Source: Pyrinomonadaceae bacterium
Lineage (GTDB): Bacteria > Acidobacteriota > Blastocatellia > Pyrinomonadales > Pyrinomonadaceae
Assembly (NCBI GenBank): GCA_041744535.1
Contig: JBGTKR010000491.1
Coordinates: 1 to 51,523, forward strand
Direction of reading: 5' to 3'
DNA: 51,523 bases
Shown one piece after another: positions 16,769 through 25,610 of this stretch. The translations under genes were made by a program, and so were the position numbers. The stretch's first letter is position 1, and every line of letters starts with the position of its first letter. The notes under the pieces are model-generated. The model did no database searches. It saw only the letters and a program-made list of their open reading frames with translations, and was not told the origin of the DNA.

Positions 16769-17334
16769 GCCCCATTTTCTGCAACGCATCCGATCACGCA
16801 TTTCTTTAGGCTGCGGCGGATCCGTGAGGCTTTGACCTGGAAGGCAGTTTCACTGATTCCCAAGTTTTTTCTCATTTGTTTCCGGTGCCGGATTTTTACA
16901 CTTTTTTCGCCCTGGTAATACTCAATTATAAATTCTCGCTGCCGCTCGGGCAGAGTTTTCATACAATCTTCCAAGCATTTGTATTCAATTTCTGAATCTG
17001 TTTCGGTATTCTGATGGTGTATGATGGACGGTTCCATTTTTTTCAGTCTTTTCTGCTTTCTGAGCCATTCGAGATAGATTTTATTTGCCACCCCATAAAA
17101 ATAAAATCCCGGCTCGCCGGTGTAGCTGTCAACGATATGCGACAATTTTAGTGCAACGCGGCTGATTGTTTCGTCCGCCAACTCCTCTGCTTCGAAACAA
17201 CCGCGACCGGCAAAAACACGAATCAACCGCTGACGGATTTTTTCGTATTTTTGCCCGGCAGTTTCCTGATCCAGGTCAAGCCATCCGAGAAGGGAGTGAA
17301 AGCTTTCCCGTGTTACTGTATCTTCTTTAACCAT
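16765..17334 (-). CDS. ECF-type sigma-70 family RNA polymerase sigma factor
   Basis: Region 2-like sequence is IRQRLIRVFAGRGCFEAEELADETISRV...YFYGVANKIYLEWLRK. Region 4 is LPERQREFII...LGISETAFQVKASRIRRSLKKC. The start is set at MVKEDTV, because the upstream 44 codons look like non-coding read-through. Confidence 0.8.
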   Translation of the reverse strand: MVKEDTVTRESFHSLLGWLDLDQETAGQKYEKIRQRLIRVFAGRGCFEAEELADETISRVALKLSHIVDSYTGEPGFYFYGVANKIYLEWLRKQKRLKKMEPSIIHHQNTETDSEIEYKCLEDCMKTLPERQREFIIEYYQGEKSVKIRHRKQMRKNLGISETAFQVKASRIRRSLKKCVIGCVAENGA

Positions 17335-17618
17335 TATCAAAACAGGCTGGTTTAAAATATAGACCCGCAGCAGCAGCGCCAAGATGCACGTAATAAAGGT
17401 AGAGCAAGACTGCGGATAAACCAATTTGCTATAATTTGCTATAGGATTAAAACCCGACTTAACCAACAGGAGATTTTACTAAAATTGGTTTAGGCAAATT
17501 TTCTTCCTCTTCAACCAACTAAATAATGTGACGCTCTTTTTTTCCGGATACCCAGTTTCAAATTATAAAAAATTTACTTGTCGCGGACGGTTTTTTGTTT
17601 AATACTGGTTAAAGGATT

Positions 17619-19028
17619 TTACTCATCAAGTATTATCTCAATTAATTCAAAAAACCCTTCTTCAATTTCCTCTGTGGAATAATAATTTGTCTGCGCCTTC
17701 ATTTCTTCAACCATTTTCGGTAACGGCACTTCCGTTTCCTCGGATTTACCGTGCTTTCCCTTCATAGTTGAAATTACTGTTTTCATCTTTTCGGCTTTCT
17801 CACCTTGTTCGGTTTTCTTTTCAAAACCGTGCCAGATTGACTTGGGCGTGGCGTTACGGCTGCCGTGATGCCCAACTTTGTAAAGAGTAGTACCGCGTAA
17901 TAGGTTTCGTAATTTCTCATCCGTTTTGGCTTGATCCAGAAGGTATTGCCAGTTCTCAATTTGGGCATCTCCGGGGAAAAGCAGTTTCTCGTCTCCGACT
18001 TCGATTAAAAGAATAACGCTGGTATTATTTAGCGCGTTGTCAACAAATCGAACGATCTCAAGCAGTTGATTGGCTCTGAGCGAACGAAGTTGACGGACAA
18101 ACCAGCGGACGTTCGGTGGTACGAATTCCTCATCAAGAACTTTATCTTTGGCAAAAAGGAGCGTCTTGCCTTCAATATGCCCTTTTGTCAGGTTACTTGT
18201 TGCTGCCTGGGTCGCCCAAAAATTCTTGGTCATTGCCTGCAAAGACCAGAATTCATCACTTGTTTTCGTCGCGCGGGTAATTTTATCGCTTTGTTCCAAA
18301 CTCGGCGGTCCCAGCACATGAACTTTTACTCCCGGCAAGATCGTTTCCCAATCGATTTTGTCATAACCGAAATTAACATAATGATTCTCGCCCATCTTTT
18401 GCAGGTTGTCGACCGCCGCCCGATTCTTTATCTGGTTATCATCGGCGGCAAAAATAATTTGTTCGGTCAGCTGATTATCAATCGTTTTGGTAAATTTATT
18501 GGTATTGGAAAGATTCTTGATTTCAGCTTCGATCGAGGCGGCAACAAACTGCATATCGTTTAACATCGCCGCGAAATTCTTAGATCCCTCCGTTTTGAAA
18601 TCAAGCTGATTCAAAAAGGATTTCTTCACATTTAAATCACGATTGTCATCCGGGTTTTCCGTCCAGGGCTGGATGACAATCGTGGGGTGACAATCCATAA
18701 TTATTTTTCCCGCTTCCTTTAAACCGAACCCGTAAATATGATCTTTGTGGCGATGCGTCGCCACGACGATATCGAGCTTTCCGTTAGATGTTGCTTTGAT
18801 ATGTTCCGCAATTTTCAGCAATCTCTGCCCGGTTGTATCCTTATTTTTTTCTTCAATTTCATTTACTTCTGATTCGCCATCTTTTTTATGTTTGCCTTTA
18901 CCCATACTGCCAAAATCAATTAAAACGCTTCTTTGGACGCCGTCATCATATTTGAAGATAATCAGAAAACAGTCGCCGAAATAGACATTATATGAGTACA
19001 GTTCAATTTTATCAGGCTGATTTGACAT
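17619..19028 (-). CDS. Cytoplasmic metallo-beta-lactamase-fold hydrolase
   Basis: DIVVATHRHKDHIYGF contains HxHxDH. PGDAQ and YKVGHHGSRNA lie in the C-terminal half. There is no signal peptide. The gene starts 2 nt after the upstream protease stop. Confidence 0.85.
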   Translation of the reverse strand: MSNQPDKIELYSYNVYFGDCFLIIFKYDDGVQRSVLIDFGSMGKGKHKKDGESEVNEIEEKNKDTTGQRLLKIAEHIKATSNGKLDIVVATHRHKDHIYGFGLKEAGKIIMDCHPTIVIQPWTENPDDNRDLNVKKSFLNQLDFKTEGSKNFAAMLNDMQFVAASIEAEIKNLSNTNKFTKTIDNQLTEQIIFAADDNQIKNRAAVDNLQKMGENHYVNFGYDKIDWETILPGVKVHVLGPPSLEQSDKITRATKTSDEFWSLQAMTKNFWATQAATSNLTKGHIEGKTLLFAKDKVLDEEFVPPNVRWFVRQLRSLRANQLLEIVRFVDNALNNTSVILLIEVGDEKLLFPGDAQIENWQYLLDQAKTDEKLRNLLRGTTLYKVGHHGSRNATPKSIWHGFEKKTEQGEKAEKMKTVISTMKGKHGKSEETEVPLPKMVEEMKAQTNYYSTEEIEEGFFELIEIILDE

Positions 19029-19030
19029 CT

Positions 19031-20845
19031 CTAAAATCCCTCCGTTTCATCAATTTTACGGTTGAGCACTCGGTTCAGGTGCATCCGCGAAAAAGCGTTT
19101 TCCGTATAATCCGGGTTGCCGAGATAACCATATTGCCAGAGATACTTAATCCGCTTAGGCTGGTGGGTACGGCTAAAAATACTATTCGCAATATGATATT
19201 TTAACTTCCCGTATTCATCAAAGATAAGAGTCCCTCCCCCGTAGAGCGTAATTTCCACATCGTCGGGAATTTCCGGCGGGATATTAATGCCGAGCGGCGG
19301 CAGTTCATCGGCTCGTAAAGTCGTCATTTGAACATATTCGGCAACCGTTTCGCGGACAACAAAACCGTCGGGACCGACGCGCAAACAGGGGCGCACGGAT
19401 TGAACTTTCATATAAGCTTTACCGAAGTAGTCCTGCTCGGTTTCCAAATTCAGATCGGCTCGGTTATCCCAGATAAAGCGAAAGATTTCGTTCGGGTCGC
19501 GTAAAAGGGAATCAAAATGTGTGCGATCGTAACAAAAGTCCCTATTGGTCATCCGCCAGAATCCCTCAGTGATGGAAGACCCCGGAGCTGGTTCGATGCC
19601 GTAGGAGGCAAAACTATCGCGTAAGATCTGCCGGTAGCCATACCGCGAATCATCCGGCACGGTTTCGCGGTCAGATGTCAGCAAAGCACTCAGATAATCA
19701 TGAAAGCGAATATCGGTCGGCGGCATGTAATCGAGGGCGCGAATCGCTATCGTCAGCAGATGATCTGCCGCTTCCGCGCCTTCATCGACGACAATCGAAG
19801 CGTCAATTTCCTGTCGTCCCCGGGTAAATCTCTCCATTCGTCTGAGCCATACTTTTAAAAAGGCGTTCATCAGCGCGGCAACAAGAAGTTCGCCGCATTT
19901 ATGCGGTTCCTGAAAAGCCCCCTGCTGCAAGTAAGGAACGGGTTTTTTGGTGTTCACGCGCGGCAATTCATCTAAAGTCGGCAACACGGCGGAACGCCTC
20001 AACGCACTACCGCGAATTCCCGAAAGTTCTTGTCCCATCTGTTCTGCCAGTCCCAGCAAGGTCGTACTTTTCAGATAATCCTCGGTTAGAAACTCGACCG
20101 GAACATTATTTTCCTTAATTTCAAATCCGGCAATCTTTTCCATATTGACATTAAGCAAAAGGTTTTTGACAACGTCTTTTAATGAAAAAACCGAAAGTAG
20201 TGCGACGACATCCGCGAAGCCCTCATGAAAACCGGCTTGCTCGGGTGAAGATGGGGCAGTGTAACGTTCACGTAAACCGTCTAAAATAGCGTGGGTTGTT
20301 TCGTGGGCAACCACATCGTGCGACAAACAGGTGAAAACCACACCCGAAACATCGGTTTCCGACGGCACGCGAAAATAACCGAAAGCCAAAGCCTGGTCGC
20401 GTTTGGAATAAAAGGCATTGGCATCGCCAAAAGCGTGGGGGGCAACGTAAATCTGGTGACCGTCAAATCCCCAACTGATTCTTCTGCCCAGGGCGAACTC
20501 GAATCGTGCCAGCGTTCTCATCACGATCGCATAAACATTTTGGGCGTGAAAACCCGGCTCATCAAGCAACTCCTCAATACGTCCGTCCTCGGCATATGCG
20601 GCAAAAGGGTCAATGTAGCAGCCGTCCTCCTGCGGCGGCTCATATGGTTGCGGTTGATAGAGCGTTCCGGTCGAGGTGTCATAATCAACGACGTGAACGC
20701 GATAACCGCGAGGTCCCGGGGCTAATTCCTCCGCGGGGATCTCGACTTGGGTTACAAGAATACTTTGAGTTTTCTTATTGATTATGCTTGGATCCTGGGC
20801 AATAATCGTTAATTTTCGGGTGCGGGGTAGTGGTCTTGATCTCAC
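19031..20845 (-). CDS. Cytoplasmic thermolysin-like (gluzincin, M4-like) zinc metalloprotease
   Basis: The motif is VVAHETTHAILDG...AGFHEGFADVVA. This is HExxH plus a third-ligand Glu in an xEGxxD context about 23 residues downstream; compare thermolysin HELTHAV...GAINEAISD. There is no signal peptide or TM segment. Confidence 0.8.
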   Translation of the reverse strand: MRSRPLPRTRKLTIIAQDPSIINKKTQSILVTQVEIPAEELAPGPRGYRVHVVDYDTSTGTLYQPQPYEPPQEDGCYIDPFAAYAEDGRIEELLDEPGFHAQNVYAIVMRTLARFEFALGRRISWGFDGHQIYVAPHAFGDANAFYSKRDQALAFGYFRVPSETDVSGVVFTCLSHDVVAHETTHAILDGLRERYTAPSSPEQAGFHEGFADVVALLSVFSLKDVVKNLLLNVNMEKIAGFEIKENNVPVEFLTEDYLKSTTLLGLAEQMGQELSGIRGSALRRSAVLPTLDELPRVNTKKPVPYLQQGAFQEPHKCGELLVAALMNAFLKVWLRRMERFTRGRQEIDASIVVDEGAEAADHLLTIAIRALDYMPPTDIRFHDYLSALLTSDRETVPDDSRYGYRQILRDSFASYGIEPAPGSSITEGFWRMTNRDFCYDRTHFDSLLRDPNEIFRFIWDNRADLNLETEQDYFGKAYMKVQSVRPCLRVGPDGFVVRETVAEYVQMTTLRADELPPLGINIPPEIPDDVEITLYGGGTLIFDEYGKLKYHIANSIFSRTHQPKRIKYLWQYGYLGNPDYTENAFSRMHLNRVLNRKIDETEGF

Positions 20846-20904
20846 GATAGGTCTCCCAATAAAATTTAGTTAATTTATAAAAATACTCAGAATCTCTCTT
20901 CAAC

Positions 20905-22116
20905 TTATCCGACTCCGACTAATGGGAACAGGAATTTTGAAGGTTCCGAAATTGAACTATTGACATACTGCCGCATACCGAGATCAGAGACGGCATATCC
21001 CCAATTGATTAATCTTTCCTGCGTTGCCTGATCGAGCTTTTTAAGCCGGGTGTCAACTTGGGCAAGAAGAGTAGTTTTATCGAACGGGCAATCGAGCGGT
21101 GTTTCTATTTTATAATCCAGTGCCGCATCCGCGCTGATCGTCCAGTAGGTTCCTTGTCTGATTCCTGCAATAAAAGCCTCGACCGCCTGACGTTTTCTGA
21201 GGCTCCTGACCTGATTGTCGATTGTCATCAAAATCCGCACGGAATGCCTGACCCAATCTCTGTGCGGATCGGCTTCCGCGGAAAAACCTCCACCGGCATC
21301 ACTGATCAAAATCGTTTTATATCGTTTCCAGGCGGTTTCAAGCCCTAGATTGTCATACACCCCTCCGTCGGTCAGAACAACCTGCGTGCGGAATTCATCC
21401 CCCTGCAAATCGGTTCCGCTGCCGGGCGTAAAATCCGCCGGGTCCAGATCGAGTTCCATCGGCGAGAGAACCGGCGGGAAAGCGGACGAGGCAGCGACGG
21501 CGACCGCCAGATCGATCTTCGGATTTTTGACTTCGCCGACCCGGTAATCCCTCATATAAGGTTTCATAAACCGCCACAGAACGCCCGATTGGACATTCGT
21601 CGCATTGAAGACAAACCGCGGAGACTGACCCGGCACTTCGTCCACAATGTCCTGCAAAGTGCTGTCTCCAAAGAGATATTTCCGGTATGCGTCGGCAACC
21701 TTATCGCTGATGCTGCCGAACCATAACGCTCCGAGTGCGACCGAGGAGACATCAATCGTCCGGGATGCCAGGTTCTTTATCGGAGAGACGATCAGTTGCT
21801 CAAAATTTTGAGCAACTCCGTCATGAAAATCGAGTTCCTCCCACTTTAAAGCCAAAAGTCCGGCAGTGATCGAACCGCCTGAAACACTCGAAATGCGGTT
21901 TATTTTGGGAAGCCAGCCGATCTCATTGAGCCGCCAGAGAACACCGGCGTGAAAAAGCATCGCCCGGTAGCCGCCGCCCGAAAGACATAAAGCAATGCCT
22001 TCTTCCGGCTCTTTACTCACATCCGTTTCAAGATATTGCACCGGTTCCGCGGCATTTTGATCTTTTTCTTGATAAATTTCGCTTTCTTCGTTATTTTTCA
22101 TCATATTTGAGCACAT
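20905..22116 (-). CDS. Patatin-like phospholipase
   Basis: CLSGGGYRAMLFHAGV is the GGGxR oxyanion box. SSVSGGSITAG is the nucleophile elbow. LTDGGVYDNLG holds the catalytic Asp in DGG. The start may be Met5 or Met6 (22104 or 22101). Any of these starts overlaps the upstream ORF. Confidence 0.9.
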   Translation of the reverse strand: MCSNMMKNNEESEIYQEKDQNAAEPVQYLETDVSKEPEEGIALCLSGGGYRAMLFHAGVLWRLNEIGWLPKINRISSVSGGSITAGLLALKWEELDFHDGVAQNFEQLIVSPIKNLASRTIDVSSVALGALWFGSISDKVADAYRKYLFGDSTLQDIVDEVPGQSPRFVFNATNVQSGVLWRFMKPYMRDYRVGEVKNPKIDLAVAVAASSAFPPVLSPMELDLDPADFTPGSGTDLQGDEFRTQVVLTDGGVYDNLGLETAWKRYKTILISDAGGGFSAEADPHRDWVRHSVRILMTIDNQVRSLRKRQAVEAFIAGIRQGTYWTISADAALDYKIETPLDCPFDKTTLLAQVDTRLKKLDQATQERLINWGYAVSDLGMRQYVNSSISEPSKFLFPLVGVG

Positions 22117-22885
22117 CTATGTAAAGAGATTCCTCCGCCTCTTCATCCTTATCATCAGCAGTCAAGGAAAACGGTCTGATCGATTTTAGCGGTCCGACCG
22201 AAGTGCTAAACCATTTTCGTTTTATGCCGACCAGCTGAAAAAGCGGCGTAACATTTTCAGATTCGAGCATATTCAGCATCGTTCCCGATTGTTTTTTGAT
22301 TGAAAATTTCAGACCGGCATCTCCGAGTTCGACATTACCGACCTGTCCGCTGGCTTGGGCTTCGAGTTCCAATCCTGATTTTGACGATTGCGACACGATG
22401 ATATCGGCATATGGAGCTTGAACAATCGAATAAATAACCGCGTAGTTCTTTTTCCAAACATCGGTTTTATATGCTTCAAGAATTTGTTTTTCGAGTCGCG
22501 CGACATTTCTGATGCGCGGCTCGAAAGTTTTTTTGGCTTTGATAATAAAAGCTCCTTCAGAAGAAAATTCTATCCCGAGACCGGCTTTGCCTTTAGGAAT
22601 ATTGGGCATCGCGGGATTTACCTCACCGGCTAATTTGAAAGCCAGACTGACGCTTTTACTCGAAACCAGATCGATCGGCGAAGAACTGGTGTCAGGAACA
22701 ATGTCCTTGTCGGGCGAAAAACTTATTCCCAAATCGGCAAGCGTCGAAACGGGACGGAAAAAGTAATCGTCAACAACCTCGCCGACAGTGCCGATCTCGA
22801 TGCTTGAGCTAGGAAGCCAGTGAGCAAAATAAAACTTTGTTTGTCTTCTTACATTTTTGGCAAAAACTTTAGCAACAGTTCCCAT
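22091..22885 (-). CDS. Gasdermin-like (bGSDM-like) candidate pore-forming protein with acidic C-terminal tail
   Basis: The protein is 264 aa, soluble and beta-rich, with no Cys. The N-terminus reads LPSSSIEIGTVGEVVDDYFFRPVSTLADLGISF. The later segment is YAVIYSIVQAPYADIIVSQSSKSGLELEAQA...LKFSIKKQSG...TPLFQLVGIK. A tail of about 35 aa follows (...LTADDKDEEAEESLYIDVLKYDEK). It is the first gene of an operon that contains a protease. The family assignment comes from my recollection of the pattern, not from a search. Confidence 0.45.
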   Translation of the reverse strand: MGTVAKVFAKNVRRQTKFYFAHWLPSSSIEIGTVGEVVDDYFFRPVSTLADLGISFSPDKDIVPDTSSSPIDLVSSKSVSLAFKLAGEVNPAMPNIPKGKAGLGIEFSSEGAFIIKAKKTFEPRIRNVARLEKQILEAYKTDVWKKNYAVIYSIVQAPYADIIVSQSSKSGLELEAQASGQVGNVELGDAGLKFSIKKQSGTMLNMLESENVTPLFQLVGIKRKWFSTSVGPLKSIRPFSLTADDKDEEAEESLYIDVLKYDEK

Positions 22886-23283
22886 AACATAAATCTCCTT
22901 AAATTTTTTTTATCTTTTGATTCCGGTATTAAAAACGTTACATTTTAATTAAGCAGGAATCACAGTTTGAATTACTTGAACTCTTTTGGGTTTGGATTAA
23001 AGCTTTTTATTTTCAATTTACCCCTTAAAGAAATTTTTCATCTATAGAAAAGAAATTTCTCTTTAGGCTTAATTGAGGGGTAACAAAAATGGCGATGAGA
23101 GAAAATATATTGATGTTTTTCAATAAATGAATTGACTCCATTTTGAAAAAAAATCACTCCCAAAGTTGCCATCTGATGATATATGCCAAAAACCGATAAA
23201 ATATTACAGATTTTTTTTTCAAAACCATAAAATAAATACGGTTTTATGAAAAACTCAGAGTATTAATCTTAATTCCGATTTTT

Positions 23284-24474
23284 TTACCACATCATCACGG
23301 CGGTCTCCTCTTCTCGTTCAGCGTAATAAAGCCGAATGCGAAGAACGTATTTCTTCCCGCTGAACAGTTTCACCTTCAAATAGGCATTTCGGTCTTCGCC
23401 CCCATCGTCATCGCCGGCAAGATAACGAAGTTTTTCGCCGTCGCGTTCAAATAAAACCATCACGGTGTCGGACGCGCCGAACGTGCGGATTTCGTAATTT
23501 CGGGTTGCCTGGGGTTCGATCTCGAAGTTTTTCTGCTCGCCGGGAGCAATCGACAGCCTTACTGATTCCGCAGGTTTGAGTTTCGGGAAACCGCCTGCTT
23601 TTAGAGGTGGATAAAATGATTTGACCCAGGATTTGTCCCTAACAGAAAGTCCTCCGGCAGGTCTTATTCCGTTTGCGTGAAAATGTGCCGGTTCTTTTAT
23701 AAGTCCCGGTTCAAACGGATAATGCATAATTGAGTTCGGGTCCCATTCGGATCCCTGGACTGTGTCGGGCGAGATTTTTCTTATAATATTATGAAAGGTC
23801 GTCTCTCTGCTCCACCTGTTCGGCGGTTTGGCAAGGGCGGCATAAACGGCTTCCTCGTCCCACGCGATGCCGGCGATCGGATTTTGATGCTCGTGCGGGA
23901 AACCCAAAGTGTGACCGATTTCATGGATAGCCGTATCAATCTCTCCGGGATGGCTCGTTAAATCCCAGCCGAAATTCATAGTCCGCTCGCTGCGCCCGAG
24001 ACCGAGATCAATAATATCGCGTCCGACAAATGACCAGGCACCGTCTTTCCGCTCAAATCCGATGCGGATTTCCGCCTCATCCCTGGAACTGACCTCCTTA
24101 AAATTCAGACCGATGCCGGCTGCCTTCCATGCATCAAAAGCCTGTCGCACCACATCCATTTCCCGTTTGGTCGTTTTCCACGCCCGCCACTCCTTTTTAC
24201 CGGTTGCCATCGTTACATGCCGCCCATCTCCTTCCTCATTAAAAAAATAATAATGGAGGGTTGTTCCATTAACCCATTTTTTCCCGTTTATAATGATTAA
24301 ATCCAATCTGCCTGGGTTGAGACCCGCCGCAAATTGCGGGGCGGAAACCATCGGGATTGAACAATATGCAGGAAAACCTGTTTCCGCCGGTTCGCTTTCG
24401 GAAATTGGCGGCTTTATTACGGGTTCACTTTTTGCAGCTTTTTTTGTTTTGCTTTTGTTGCTTTTTTTTGTCAT
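23284..24474 (-). CDS. Astacin-family (M12A metzincin) metallopeptidase with C-terminal PPC-like domain and no recognisable signal peptide
   Basis: HEIGHTLGFPHEHQNP matches HExxHxxGxxHE. SIMHY is the Met-turn. The C-terminus YEIRTFGASDTVMVLFE...GDDDGGEDRNAYLKV...YVLRIRLY resembles a pre-peptidase C-terminal domain. The N-terminus is Lys-rich (MTKKSNKSKTKKAAKSE) and not hydrophobic. Confidence 0.85.
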   Translation of the reverse strand: MTKKSNKSKTKKAAKSEPVIKPPISESEPAETGFPAYCSIPMVSAPQFAAGLNPGRLDLIIINGKKWVNGTTLHYYFFNEEGDGRHVTMATGKKEWRAWKTTKREMDVVRQAFDAWKAAGIGLNFKEVSSRDEAEIRIGFERKDGAWSFVGRDIIDLGLGRSERTMNFGWDLTSHPGEIDTAIHEIGHTLGFPHEHQNPIAGIAWDEEAVYAALAKPPNRWSRETTFHNIIRKISPDTVQGSEWDPNSIMHYPFEPGLIKEPAHFHANGIRPAGGLSVRDKSWVKSFYPPLKAGGFPKLKPAESVRLSIAPGEQKNFEIEPQATRNYEIRTFGASDTVMVLFERDGEKLRYLAGDDDGGEDRNAYLKVKLFSGKKYVLRIRLYYAEREEETAVMMW

Positions 24475-25021
24475 TTTTGCTCCTTAATTATTTGTAAAAT
24501 GATCCAATCCTCGAAAATGCAGCATACAGCCGAAAGGTTTTCGATGTGCCGTTATCCATACTTATATTAATTTTGGTTAATTTTTATTTGCATGGATGTT
24601 TTTTAATTATTATCTTGCCCCCTCTGCGTGCGTTGCACTTCCTGCTCTCAGAAAAAACTAAGAAAATTTGGTTTGCGCTTGTATTGATCCCTCAACACTT
24701 AATTATTAATCTCCGGCAAAATCGGACAGTATTTTGATCTAAAGACTGTCGCTCTATCCGGATCGCCCCCCAATTTTTCCGAGCTTTTTCAATTTTCAGG
24801 GAATAAACCGGCAATATTCCCTGTTCATCAGTAGGTGAACGAACCTGAAAATCATTTTCAGCGATGAGCACTCCAGTAAAAATAATAATTTGAAACAACC
24901 CGTAATTTTTCACAAACTTCAAATTTTCAATTGACGCTTATCGCTTAAACAAAAAAATGATTACTTTAATTTGCCGGATTACGCCTCCCGGGCAATCCCT
25001 TTAGTCGGATTGCCCATGGGG

Positions 25022-25570
25022 TTAATCGCGCCGGGTGTATTTTAGGACTAATTCTTTGATTTCCCCGTGGCGCACTTTGCCCAGTTTTTCTTCCAATTCC
25101 GCGATCAATTCTTCCCGGCGGAATGTTTCCGAAAAGGAAACGTTGGCAGAATTTCCTTTGGATTCAATTTTGTTTGGCAATTTTCGGGCAATCGAAGTTT
25201 TAGTATCTCTTTTTTCCTCTAGAATTGTTTCAAGAGCTTTGGTCAAATCAAGGGGGGCTTCAATAGCCTTTAGCGTCCCAATACTCCATTCGCTCAGAAC
25301 ATATCGAGTTTCTTTCTCATGCCGGTCATCTTCACGCCTGATTTTATTCAACGCTTTTCGGGCGGAAATTATCGTCAGACAAAAGAGAGGAATTCCCGCC
25401 GCAAAAGGGAAAGCTATAAATACTGTCAGCCAATATCCGCCGGGCAACAGGTCAAAGATGTAAAAAAAAGGTAAGAATCCGACCAAGCTCAGAACAAGCA
25501 GCACTCCGAAAATATCGGCGAGTTCATCGGCATATTTATCATGCCAACTTAACGAGCCAATTTTAGTCAT
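25022..25570 (-). CDS. Small multi-TM membrane protein, unknown function
   Basis: Two or three hydrophobic helices are present (IFGVLLVLSLVGFLPFFYIF and YWLTVFIAFPFAAGIPLFCLTIISA). A charged helical C-terminal half follows. The gene starts 40 nt after the upstream 745-aa gene. Confidence 0.6.
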   Translation of the reverse strand: MTKIGSLSWHDKYADELADIFGVLLVLSLVGFLPFFYIFDLLPGGYWLTVFIAFPFAAGIPLFCLTIISARKALNKIRREDDRHEKETRYVLSEWSIGTLKAIEAPLDLTKALETILEEKRDTKTSIARKLPNKIESKGNSANVSFSETFRREELIAELEEKLGKVRHGEIKELVLKYTRRD

Positions 25571-25610
25571 AAATTTATCCTCTCTCCTCTTACTTTTTTG
25601 TTTATAAATC

